A stretch of DNA of 64,000 bases from Isurus oxyrinchus (taxonomy: Eukaryota). This document shows positions 13,870-25,528 of this stretch, piece after piece. Position numbers and translations under genes: made by a program. Positions within the stretch are counted from its first letter, which is position 1. Every line of letters starts with the position of its first letter. Location: the NCBI GenBank assembly GCA_026770705.1, contig JANJGN010000015.1, positions 130,324,001-130,388,000 of the forward strand, written 5' to 3'. A model generated the notes under the pieces. That model was not told the origin of the DNA and did not search any database. It saw only the letters and a list, made by a program, of their open reading frames with translations.

Positions 13870-16800
13870 TATAGAGTGATATTGGTGGACTTTGACTCCC
13901 TGATATCGATTGGGAGAGCGTTAGAGTAAAGGGTAAGGAGGGGGAGGAATTTCTGAAATGTGTTCTGGAGAAATTCCTGGACCAGTATCTCCTGGGGCCA
14001 ACTAGAAAAGAGATATTGCTGGAACTGCTGCTGGGAAATGAGGTGGGGCAAGTGTCTGTGGGGGAACATTTGGGTAGTGTGATCGTGGCATCACAAGCTT
14101 TAGATTACTAATGGGAAAGAGGGAGGAATGATCTAAATTAAATCCAATCAGAGTAAAATTGATCCAAAAACTGTCAGGAAAAGCAGTAATAGAACAGTGA
14201 TCTTTAAGGAGGAAATGTTCAGTATATTCCAAGAAAGCCAGGGGAAACCAAAGCTGCAGCACCTTGGATGATGAGAGAGGTAGTGAATATGATAAAAGAT
14301 GAGGTTTTAAGATACCTGTCAGACGAATTCCTTAAGGGAGAGCCAGGGCAAATGCAATATGTTGAGAGGGCAAGTGAAAAGGCAAATAAGATGAGCAAAG
14401 AGAGAATATGAGAATAGAAAGGAGCTAACATAAAAGGGAACCAAAAAGTCTTTTACGGACATGTAAATAGATATTGGGTAGTAAGAGTTGAGGCGGATCC
14501 TATTAGGGCCAAAGATGGTGATATATGAATAGAGACACAGGGCAAGGCTAGAATACTTAATGAGCCCTTTGTATTGGTAAAAACAAAAAAAAATGCGGAT
14601 GCTGGAAATCCAAAACAAAAACAGAATTACCTGGAAAAACTCAACAGGTCTGGCAGCATCGGCGGAGAAGAAAAGAGTTGACGTCTCGAGTCCTCAGACT
14701 CAAGTTCTGTCGAAGGGTCATGAGGACTCGAAACGTCAACTCTTTTCTTCTCCGCCGATGCTGCCAGACCTGCTGAGTTTTTCCAGGTAATTCTGTTTTT
14801 CCTTTGTATTGGTGTTTACTAAGAGGATGCCAACAAAACTTTGGAAGAGGCGGAGGTGGTAGAGTTATGGGATGGGCTGAACATTGCTCAGCAGGATATA
14901 TTGAAAAGGCTGGCTTTGAGAGTGGATAAGTTGTTTGGTCTGGATAGTTTGCATCTTGGGTTGCTAAAAGAAGTGGGGGTGGAGATGGTCGTTGCACTTG
15001 CCATTCTCTTCCAATCCTGCTAGTTACGCCAGAGATACCAGCGGATTGGAAAGTGGCAAATGTGACAGAAAGCATGTAAGGACATTGCTAGTAATCAAAG
15101 GCTGGTCAGTTTAACATCAATTGTGGGTAAGGTTTTAGAAACAAGAATCAGGGAAAAGAATCAACAGGCACTTGGAAACGTTTGAGTAAGTTAAGGAGAG
15201 CCAGCAACAAATTTGCAAAAAGCAGAACATGCTAGACTAATCTGCTTGAATTTTTGATGAGTTAACAGAGGAGGTAAGATATGTCATTGAATTGGTACAG
15301 CATAGAAGAAGACCATTTGGCTCATTGTGACCATGCTGGCTCTCCTAAGGTGTAATTCATGTACTTCCACTCCCCCACCCTCTCCCCACATCCCTGCACG
15401 TTCCTCCTTAACATGTATTTAGAAAATCTAGAAAATGTAGAAAAGTTCACAGCAAGGAGGGAGGCCATTGTGCCCATCCTGCCTGCTCCAGCTGAAAAAT
15501 GAGCCACCCAGCCTATTCCCATTTTCCAGCACTTGGGCTGTAGCCCTGGAGGTCACAGCACTTGAGGTGCATATCCAGACACCGTTTAAAGGGGTTGAGG
15601 GTGTCTGCCTCTACTGCCCTTTCAGGCAGCAAGTTCCAGACCCCTACCACCTCTGGGTGGAAAGATTTTTCCTCATCTCCACTCCAATCTTTCCATCAAT
15701 CACTTTAAATTTATACCCCCTAGTCACTGAACTCTCTGCTAAAGTAAATAGACCCTCCCTAACCAGGCCCCTCACAATTTTGTACATCTCAATCAAATAT
15801 CCCCTCAGCCTCCTCTGTTCCAAGGAGAACAACCCCAGCCTATCCAATCTTTCCTCATTGCTGCAATTTTCCAGTCCTGGTAACATCCCCATAAATCTCC
15901 TCTGTACTCTCTCGAATGCAATTACATCCTTCCTGTAATGAGGTGACCAGAACTGCACACAGTACTCAAGCTGTGGCCTTACTAATGTTTTATATAGTTC
16001 CAGCATAACCTCCCTGATCTTATATTCTATCCCTCAGCTAATAAATGAAAGGATTTCATATGCCTTCTTAACCACCTTATCAACTTGCCCTGCTACCTTC
16101 AGGGATCTGTAAACATTCAACCTAAGGTCTCTCACTTCCTCTACACCTCTCAGCATTCTCCCATTTATTGTGTAACCCTTTGCCTTATCTGACCTTGCCA
16201 AATGCCTTACCTCACACTTCTCTGGGTTGAATTCTATAGATATTGTCCAAATGCATTTTAAGAAAGTGTTTGACAAAATGCCACTTAAAAGCTGGTGACC
16301 AAAAATCAGGCTCGTGGAATTGGGAGGGTCAGTGACAGCTTGGATAAAAAATTGGCTTAAAAACAGAAAACAGTGAGTTGTGGTAAATGAAAACAAAAAC
16401 AGAATTACCTGGAAAAACTCAGCAGGTCTGGCAGCATCGGCAGAGAAGAAAAGAGTTGATATTTCAAGTCCTCATGACCCTTCGACAGAACTTGAGTTGT
16501 GGTAAATGGTTGTTTTTCATACTGAAGCATGTAGACAGTGGTGTTCACCAAGGGTCAGTGCTAAGACCATTGCTTTTTCATATATAAAAATGATTTGCAT
16601 ATCGGAATATAGGGTAAAATTTCAAAATTTGCCAATGATACCGAATTTGGAGGCAAGGCAAACAGTGAGGCTGACACCAATTGATTGCAACAGGGCATAG
16701 ATTCACTAGCAGATGGGCAAACAAACGGGTGATGGAATATAATACAGAAAACTGTGAGCTGATGCATTTTGCAGTAAAGATAGGTAGAGGCAACATAGAC

Positions 16801-17310
16801 ATGATGACACAGTTCTGAAGCAGGTACAGGAGAGGGATTTGGGGGTTCAGGTGTGTCAATCTTTGAAGGTGCCAGGGCACATCAAGACACTAGTTAACAA
16901 AGCATTTGAGATCGTTAGCTTCATACATAGAGACATTGAGTACAACAGCAAGGAAGTTATTCCAAACCTTTATAAAGCTCTGGTTAGGCCACAGCTGAAT
17001 TGTGTTCATTTCTGTTCACCATATTTTAGGGAGGATGAGAGGGTCTTTGAGAAGATAGAGGATAATTACCAGAATGGTTCCAGGGATGATGGATTTGAAT
17101 ATTAGGTTGGGTTGGAGAAGCTGGGGTTGTTCTATTTGGAGAAAAGGAGATTGAGGGGAGATTTGATAGAGGTGGACAGGATTATAGCAGGTTTAGACAA
17201 GGTAAACAAAGAAAAGCTGTTCCCATTAGCTGATGGTACAAGGAGTGGGGAGACAGATTTAAGATTTTGTATAGAAGATGCGGGGGGAATGTAAGGAAGA
17301 GCTTTTTTTA
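13870..17310. mobile_element. Nested CR1-type LINE fragments on both strands (minus-strand copy 15644-16240)
   Basis: LYKTLVRPQLEYCVQFWSP and LGLFSLEQRRLRG motifs. Confidence 0.8.
14579..14800. mobile_element. Inverted pair of Penelope terminal repeats with TSD cctttgtattggt
   Basis: Two oppositely oriented copies of the aattacctggaaaaactc...gtttcgagtcctc unit. TSD at 14566-14578 and 14801-14813. Confidence 0.8.
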
Positions 17311-17359
17311 ACAGACGGTGGTATGGTGGTGGAAGCAGAGGCTAGGAATCATGCGACAA

Positions 17360-17950
17360 GTATGGATTAGGAATCCTTTGGCGAGTACCTCATCTCCTGA
17401 TTCCCCAAAGCCTGTCCACCATCTACAAGGCACAAATCAAAAATGTGACAGAATACTCCCCACTTGCCTGGATGAGTGCAGCACCTACAACACTCAAGAA
17501 GCTGGACACCATCCAGGACAAAGCAGCCCTGCTTGATTAGCACCACATCCACAAACATTCACTCCCTCCACCACCGATGCACAGTTGCAGCAGTGTGTAC
17601 CATCTACGAGATGCACTGCAGGAATTCATCAAGGCTCCTTAGGCAGCACTTTCCAAACCCATGACCACTGCCATCTAGAAGGACAAGGGCAACAGATACA
17701 TGGGAACACCACCACCTGGAAGTTCCCCTCCAAGTCACTCACCATCCTGACTTGGAAATATATCACCGTTCCTTCACTGTCAGTGGGTCAAAATCCTGGA
17801 ACTCCCTTTCTAACAGCACTGTGGGTGTACCTACACAACATGGACCACAGCAATTCAAGAAAGCAGCTCACCACAACCTTCTCAAGGACAACTAGGGATG
17901 GGTAATAAATGCTGGCCTAGCCAGTGAAGCCCACATCCCGTGAATGAATT
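17360..17950 (+). mobile_element. LINE 3'-end-type interspersed repeat, also at about 36090-36770, 40330-40770 and 43795-44640 (minus)
   Basis: Recurrent homologous sequence within the window, with ORF remnants such as SVMECSPLAWMSAAPTTLKELD. Confidence 0.65.
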
Positions 17951-18699
17951 TTTAAAAATCAATGATTTCAAAAGGAAATTGGATGGGCACATGAAGGGAA
18001 TATAGCCCCAGGGTTACAGGGATAGAATGGGGGATTGGGGCTGACTGGATTGCTCTACAGGAGGCAGCAGGGATTTGATGGGTCAAAATAGCCTCATTCT
18101 GGTGTAATGACTCACCGAGCCCATGACTCTGAGTACCACTTTAAGGATGTGCCAGTCCTAACGCTACCCAAAGATAGATCTGAATTGGTAAACAATCAGA
18201 TATAAACTTACAATCCAAACTTCAAGGTCTCATCAAAATTTATGAAATGGTTGTCAGTTCATATAGCTTCAGATTATTAATGGTGACTAATCTAATGCAA
18301 TATAAAAAATTTACAAGAAATTAAATTAAGAAATACCTAGAAATTAGCAGCTAACAAAATGTTATTTCTGATTTGGAAACGTCATGTAAAGTGTCAGCTG
18401 TATTAATCAAATGTAAAAGATAACTAAATGAGCTAATGAAAATGATTTAAAAAAACAATCTGCTACTATGGCCATGAGGGCTGAGCTAATATGCTTCCAT
18501 AATAAAAAGCAACATACTGCAGAGGCTGAAACTCTGAAATAAAAACAGGAAATGCTGGAAAAACTCAGCAGGTCTGGTAGCATCTGCGGAGAGAGAAATA
18601 GAGTTAACGTTTCGAGTCCGATAGGACTCTTCTTTGGAATTGTCCAATTAAGAGTCACACAGACATGAAATGTCAACTCAGTTTCTCATTACACATGGC

Positions 18700-19570
18700 A
18701 CCCAGTGTAACTCCCTAACCTACACCCACAGTAATTCCGGAATTTACTCCTAGAATAATTCCGTAACCTACACCCAGAGTAATTCTGTAACCTACACCCA
18801 GAGTAATTCCGTAATTTACTCCCAGAGTAATTCTGGAATTTACTCCTAGAATAATTCCGTAACCTACACCCAGAGTAATTCTGGAATTTATTCCCAGAGT
18901 AATTCCATAACCTACATCCAGAGTAATTCCATTATCTACACCCAGAGTAATTCCGTAATTTACTCCAAGATTAATTCTGTAACCTACACACAGTGTAATT
19001 CCATAACCTACACCCAGAGTAATTATGTAATTTACTCCCAGAGTAATTCCACTATCTACACCCAGAGTAATTCCGTAATTTACTCCGAGAGTAATTCTGT
19101 AACCTACATGCAGTGTAATTCCATAACCTACACCCAGAGTAATTATGTAATTTACTCCCAGAGTAATTCCACTATCTACACCCAGAGTAATTCCGTAATT
19201 TACTCCCAGAGTAATTCTGTAACCTACACCCAGAGTAATTCCGTAATTTACTCCCAGAGTAATTCTGTAACCTACACCCAGAGTAATTCCGTAATTTACT
19301 CCCAGAGTAATTCTGTAACCTACACCCAGAGTAATTATGTAATTTACTCCCAGAGTAATTCCACTATCTACACCCAGAGTAATTCCGTAATTTACTCCCA
19401 GAGTAATTCTGTAACCTACACCCAGAGTAATTCCGTAATTTACTCCCAGAGTAATTCTGTAACCTACACCCAGAGTAATTCTGTAATTTACTCCCAGAGT
19501 AATTCCGTAACCCTCTCCGAGAGTAATTCCGTAACCTACATCCAGAGTAATTATGTAACCTACTCCCGAT
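18700..19570. repeat. 24-bp minisatellite (cccagagtaattccgtaatttact-type) with alternating unit variants
   Basis: Tandem units, which produce the spurious YSQSNSVT ORF. Confidence 0.95.
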
Positions 19571-20880
19571 GCAAATTTTTTGCAAAATGTTTTTCTTGCT
19601 TGTCAGTGTTGTGTTGGGGGGTGGGGGGTGGGGGGGGGGGGGGGTCAAAGAGTCAAGTCAAATGTTTTATAGAAAAACAAAGTTGCCTTCAAAATATAGT
19701 GTTTGCCATTAAATCTATGATCATTATTTTCAAGATTTTAAATGTGTCATTAATACACTTGCCTAACATGTAACAGGAAAAGACGAAAAAGAGCACACAA
19801 GAGAGGAATTGGAAAATACTCTGATGTAGCGCAATTCTCCAGTATCGGATTAAATTCTAGAGTTTGTGTGTGTGCAATTTATTGGGAATCAAGGACTGGA
19901 AACAGACTAATATTGACCAATAACATTGAAATTTTTATGAAGTATCATAATATCTTGGACAGTCGGATAAGTTGCGATCATTAGTCCCAGATTTTGATAA
20001 ATGCTCTGAAGGATCAGACCCGAAACACAAACATTAGCATTAATTCTGTTTCTCTCCACAGACCAGCTGAGTTTTTCCAGCATTTTCAGTTTTGATTTCA
20101 GATTTCCAGCGATGGCAGTATTTTGCTTTTATCTTTGATAAATGTTTCCTTTTCTAATTTTTTTTTATTGTTGGGCATTGTTGACAAAGTTAGAGCTTCA
20201 CAAATTAAAGGGAGCGAGAGGGAGAGAGGTTCACACATCAGGGCTGGCATTGAGCTGGTAGGGTCTCCTGCATTGAAACCTCAACCTCGTGTCGAGGCCG
20301 AAACTCTTTCATAGATTAGATCCTGCTTCCCATCTGCAGGTTATAGAGATCATTTCATTGAAGCAAAGTCAGCCTAATATCTGTCTTAAATTTAGTTTTC
20401 ACTTACTTATAAATAAGCCCTCATTTAATTTCTATTTCACTGAACTTGCCACGTTAACTTCAGATTTCATGAAGACTGAAGTCAATCTTTCGGTTTGGTG
20501 CACGGTGTAGATAAAGTCGAAGACAACTGGGTGAGTTCAGGCTCTGACTACCGACCAGACACATCCTCCGCCCTTCCTAACTACTGCCCCATCTTTTAAT
20601 CCTGTTTCTCGCTGGAGCCCCTCGGGTGTGTTCGGGTGGAAGAGTCATGTTGGACACCAAACATTAACTCTGTTTCTATCTCTCGGACGCTGCCAGACTT
20701 GCTGAGTTTTCCCACCATTTTCTGTTTTTATTTTAGTTAAGAGAAACCATGTTTCTGTGAGACTGCAGTCGCGTACAGGTATAAACAAGGTCTGGACAAG
20801 CGTGAACCAATTGATGGTTTAAAATCACAATCCGGTAGCTTGCTCGTCACTTCATTTTGAAACATCCAGGCCTTTCTCTA

Positions 20881-21616
20881 ATAAAAACAAAAAAAAACTG
20901 CGGATGCTGGAAATCCAAAACAAAATTACCTGGAAAAACTCAGCAGGTCTGGCAGCATCGGCGGAGAAGAAAAGAGTTGACGTTTCGAGTCCTCATGACC
21001 CTTCGACAGAACTTGATTTCGAGTCCAAGAAAGAGTTGAGGGTTTAAGGTGTGTGTGTGGGGGGCGGAGAGATAGAGAGAGAGGTGGTTGTGTAGACAAA
21101 CAAGCAGTGATAGAAGCAGATCATCAAAAGATGTAAGTGACAATGGTACAAAAGAACACATAGGTGTTAAAGTTAGTGATATTATCTAAACGAATGTGCT
21201 AATTAAGAATGGATGGATTTAAAAATAATTTTTAAATATTTTAAAATCTTTTATGCTCCCCCCACCCCCACTAGAGCTGTACCTTGAGTGCCCTACCATC
21301 CATTCTTAATTAGCACATTCGTTTAGATAATATCACCAACTTTAACTTTAACACCTATGTGTTCTTTTGTACCATTGTCGCTGACATCTTTTGATGATCT
21401 GCTTCTATCACTGCTTGTTTGTCCACACAACCACCTCTCTCTCTCTATCTCTCCGCCCCCCACACACACACCTTAAACCAGCTTATATTTCAACTCTTTC
21501 TTGGACTCGAAATCAAGTTCTGTCGAAAGGTCATGAGGACTCGAAACGTCAACTCTTTTCTTCTCCGCCGATGCTGCCAGACCTGCTGAGTTTTTCCAGG
21601 TAATTCTGTTTTTGTT
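20881..21616. mobile_element. Long inverted pair of Penelope 3' ends, TSD caggc(c/a)tttctcta
   Basis: About 330-bp inverted arms. TSD at 20867-20880 and 21617-21630. Confidence 0.8.
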
Positions 21617-22574
21617 CAGGCATTTCTCTAACCGGACGACATTCTCAAACTGCTTTGATTGGATAAGAATTCACGTTCACTGGATTACCGTTACACCCGT
21701 GTGATCAATCAAGATCCAGTCAATCACACACCAATGATACCTTCAGCAGGCCCAATGTGGTTTCGCCTGGGTTACAGTTATACTTGCCCAGCATGAGTTC
21801 AACGTGATTTGAGGCTATCACTCACATCTCTGGTTCCAGGGTACTCAAATCTCAGATGTCGATTCAGCCTAACAGAATTTTGAAGTCAGTATGGCAAGTT
21901 AGTAAAATTTAAGTTTAAACTGGGCCTTTATTTGAATGTGAAAGACATCCGTAATATCTCATTTAATCAGGGCTCAGGGCGAGTAACCAATAATGACCAA
22001 TAACCCCGAATCCATTTACTCATTACCCGAGCCAGTTTGATACTTTGCCTGATTCGATTCAGTTTTTCTCGCCCTGGAAACTTAATTGAAACGGATCTCC
22101 TATTCCTATTAGGGTCTTGGGAGTAAAATATTGGATTAGTGCGAAACTAAATGAATGAAATAAGGATAAAACAAAAAAATAATTATTTAAATCGGTAATT
22201 CAATTTATCCGCAATTTCAGATTTGTACAAATAACCGAATGAAGTCAGTGATCAGCAGAAGATTAGAAAAAAACATCACTTCCACACAGACCTCAACATA
22301 GACTTCAACACAAAGGCAACATAGACTTTTGACATAGAGCTCAATGTAGCGGATACCTAGAGAAGCGAGGGACAATATTAATTTACACAAAGAATCTTAA
22401 AATGTTGCCTGAAGTCTGAGGATTGTGAGGGTTTTAAAATCCAGCAAAAGATGACCAAAAAAGTAATAAAGGAGAAAATAGATTTGGAGTAAATGAGCAA
22501 AACAGATTGTAAGTGCTTTTACAAATGCGTAAAAAAGAAAGATATTAGCGAAAGTTACATATATAACTAATTTA

Positions 22575-24295
22575 TATATAAATCCAACATAGCCATAAAC
22601 ACAAAACTCAATATAGACTTTAACACAAAACCCAACATAGACTTTAACATAAAACCCAACATAGACTTAAATACAAAACCCAACATAGACTTTAACATAA
22701 AACCCAACATAGTCTTAAACACAAAACCCAACATAGACTTTAACATAAAACTCAACATAGACTTTAACATAAAACTCAACAGAGACTTAAGCATAAAACC
22801 CAACATAGGCTTAAGCATAAAAGCCAACATAGACTTAAACACAAAACCCAACGTAGACTTGAACATAAAACCCAACATAGACTTAAACATAATATGCATC
22901 ATAGACTTAAACATAAAACCCAACATAAGTTTAAACACAAAATCCAACTTAGAGTTAAACATAAAATCCAACATAGTCTTAAAGACAAAACCCAACATAG
23001 ACTTAAACACAAAACACAACATAGACTTAAAAACAAAACCCAACATAGACTTAAAAACAAAACCCAACACAGTCTTACACACAAAAGCCAACATAAGTTT
23101 AAACATAAAACCCAGCATAGACTCAAACATAAAACCCAACATAGACTTAAAAATAAAACCCAACATAGACTTAAAAACAAAATCTAACATAGATTTTAAC
23201 ATAAAAACCAACTTAGACTTAAACATAGAACCCAAACATAGATTTAAACATAAATTCCAACATAGACTTAAACATAGAACCCAACACAGTCTTAAAGACA
23301 AAACCCAACATAGGTTTAAACACAAAAACCCAACATAGGTTTAAACATAAAACGCAACACAGATTTAAACATAAAACCCAACATAGACTTAAACACAAAA
23401 CCCAACATAGACTTAGACATAAAACCCAACTTAGTCTTAAAAACAAAACCCAACATAGACTTAAAAACAAAACCCAACATAGACTTAAAAACAAAACCCA
23501 ACATAGATTCAAACATAAAAACCAACATAGACTTAAACATCAAACCCAACATAGACTTAAACACAAAACCCAACATAGACTTAAAAACAAAACCCAACAT
23601 AGACTTAAAAACAAAATCCAACATAGACTTAAAAACAAAACCCAACATCGATTCAAACATCAAACCCAACATAGACTTAAACATCAAACCCAACATAGAC
23701 TTAAACACAAAACCCAACTTATTCTTAAAAACAAAACCCAACATAGACTTAGATTCAAAACCCAACATTGACTTAAAAACAAAACCCAACATAGATTCAA
23801 ACATAAAACCCAACATAGACTTAAACATCAAACCCAACATAGACTTAAACACAAAACCCAATATAGACTTAAACACAAAACCCAACTTAGACTTAAAAAC
23901 AAAACCCAACATAGACTTAAAAACAAAACCCAACATAGACTTTAACATAAAACCCAACATAGACTTAAGAACAAAACCCAACATAGACTTTAACATAAAA
24001 CCCAACATAGACTTAAAAACAAAACCCAACATAGATTCAAACTTAAAACCCAACATAGACTTAAACATAAAACCCAACATAGACTTAAAAACAAAACCCA
24101 ACATAGACTTAAAAACAAAACCCAACATAGACTTTAACATAAAACTCAACATAGACTTAAAAACAAAACCCAACATGGATTCAAACATAAAACCCAACAT
24201 AGACTTAAACACAAAACCCAACATAGACTTAAAGACAAAACCCAACATAGACTTTAACATAAAACCCAACACAGACTTAAACACAAAACCCAACT
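22575..24295. repeat. 24-bp minisatellite (aaaacccaacatagacttaaacac)n, about 1.7 kb, in the J-C intron
   Basis: Tandem units, which produce the spurious KSMLGFVF ORFs. Confidence 0.95.
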
Positions 24296-24784
24296 CAAAT
24301 TAGTTATTTTTATTTTTACAGCTAACATTCAATAATGGTTTTAGTTTCATAAACGACCCATTGGAATAGACTTCCAAGGAACTGACATTTCGTTCAAACT
24401 GAAACACTTACAGACGGGATAATATAAATTTAGGTTCCTTCTGTTCTTTTCTAAAATATTACTTAGTAACTTAGATCCATTGTAACTATGGTAATTACAC
24501 ATGGACAACAAGTTGAATTCTATAGTTTTCTATCAGCCTAAGGGTGGAACGAAAACCCAATAATATCATTGCGTCTCAAAAATGCTTTTGGGTGATCGTT
24601 TTATAAGTGCTTAGTTCACGATTGGATGCCTAACACACAACACGAGAGCCTGGGACACTTTTCCATTCATCCAGTTAATCTTTCGCAAATTACACATTTT
24701 AGTTCCTTGTCCTAAAACAGCAAAATCGAAACATTTTAATTATTGTATATTTTGGAAACTAGTCACTCGATGCATTTCACTTAC

Positions 24785-24835
24785 TTGCCACAACTTTCAG
24801 GCGGGTTCCACTTCCAAAGATGAGCTTCACGGTGT
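24785..24835 (-). CDS. J gene segment, TVKLIFGSGTRLKVVA (5' boundary uncertain: 24835 or 24827)
   Basis: FGxGT motif followed by a perfect phase-1 donor (A|GTAAGT). KLIFG is typical of TCR alpha/delta J. Candidate heptamers are CACGAAC (24836-24842) and CACGGTG (24828-24834); neither has a convincing nonamer. Confidence 0.9.
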
Positions 24836-24910
24836 CACGAACGGCTCAACGTCAGACCTCAAAGGTTCCATTCAAAGCACTGCCACACGAACAAGAGGCC
24901 GAACTTTCTA

Positions 24911-24949
24911 CACAATTATCACTCAGGTCCTGACAGTCAGGCAGAAAAC
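24911..24949 (+). other. Orphan 23-spacer RSS-like element facing the J side: CACAATT-23-GCAGAAAAC
   Basis: CAC heptamer, exactly 23-nt spacer, nonamer 6/9 to ACAAAAACC. It lies 75 nt upstream of the likely J start. Confidence 0.45.
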
Positions 24950-25050
24950 AGTCGAGCAGCAACATGTCGGCTGAAGACAGGTTCTATTGGCAAAGGATAG
25001 TGACATTTCACATAAAAGCTCTCCGCCTGCCAGGATGGACAATCTCCTGT

Positions 25051-25120
25051 TCAATTTGTCACGGTTTGTTGCACTGTGCCCGCTGTTGTCCCCACTGCAG
25101 CACACCCTCTGACAAAAAGA
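25051..25120 (-). other. D2 segment GGGACAACAGCGGG (25079-25092) with flanking RSSs
   Basis: 5' RSS: CACTGCA-12-ACAAAAAGA (25093-25120). 3' RSS: perfect CACAGTG (25072-25078), best read with a 12 spacer and ACAAATTGA (25051-25059). Open in all three frames (GTTA/GQQR/DNSG). Confidence 0.88.
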
Positions 25121-25454
25121 CAAGTGCACTGCTAAAGAAAATGGATCTTATCTATTGGCTTGCTGTTCTAGAACACCAGCCAGTTATATAACAGTTATTA
25201 TTCAGGGCTTATGCTTTTTATTATCCTTTCAGCTAACCATTACTCCTCTAACACATGACCTTTATAGTTTACAGTTTTCACCCCTCCCCGCCCCTCCCCC
25301 CAAGAGATTCAAACAATTATCATCACTCGATTTGATTAAAGTATTTTCACAGCAACGGGAAAATATTTATACCTTTCTCTTTATTAACCTGCGCTGCAAT
25401 ATAACTCATCTCCAATCCCTTGCACTGACTGCGGAACACAATTCCCTGACCTGA

Positions 25455-25528
25455 CGTTTTTGTCCATTGACTGCGAGCGATCATATCACTGTGGATCCCA
25501 CCCACTGTTTGACCTTCGTACAAAAACC
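25455..25528 (-). other. D1 segment GGTGGGATC (25494-25502) with flanking RSSs
   Basis: 3' RSS: CACAGTG-23-ACAAAAACG (25455-25493). 5' RSS: CACTGTT-10-ACAAAAACC (25503-25528), a perfect nonamer but a short spacer. Open in all three frames. Confidence 0.88.

Noticed and set aside
18700-24295. CRISPR array or repetitive-protein ORFs (YSQSNSVT, KSMLGFVF)
   Set aside because: These are pure tandem repeats without unique spacers in a vertebrate intron. The ORFs are artefacts of a 24-bp period.
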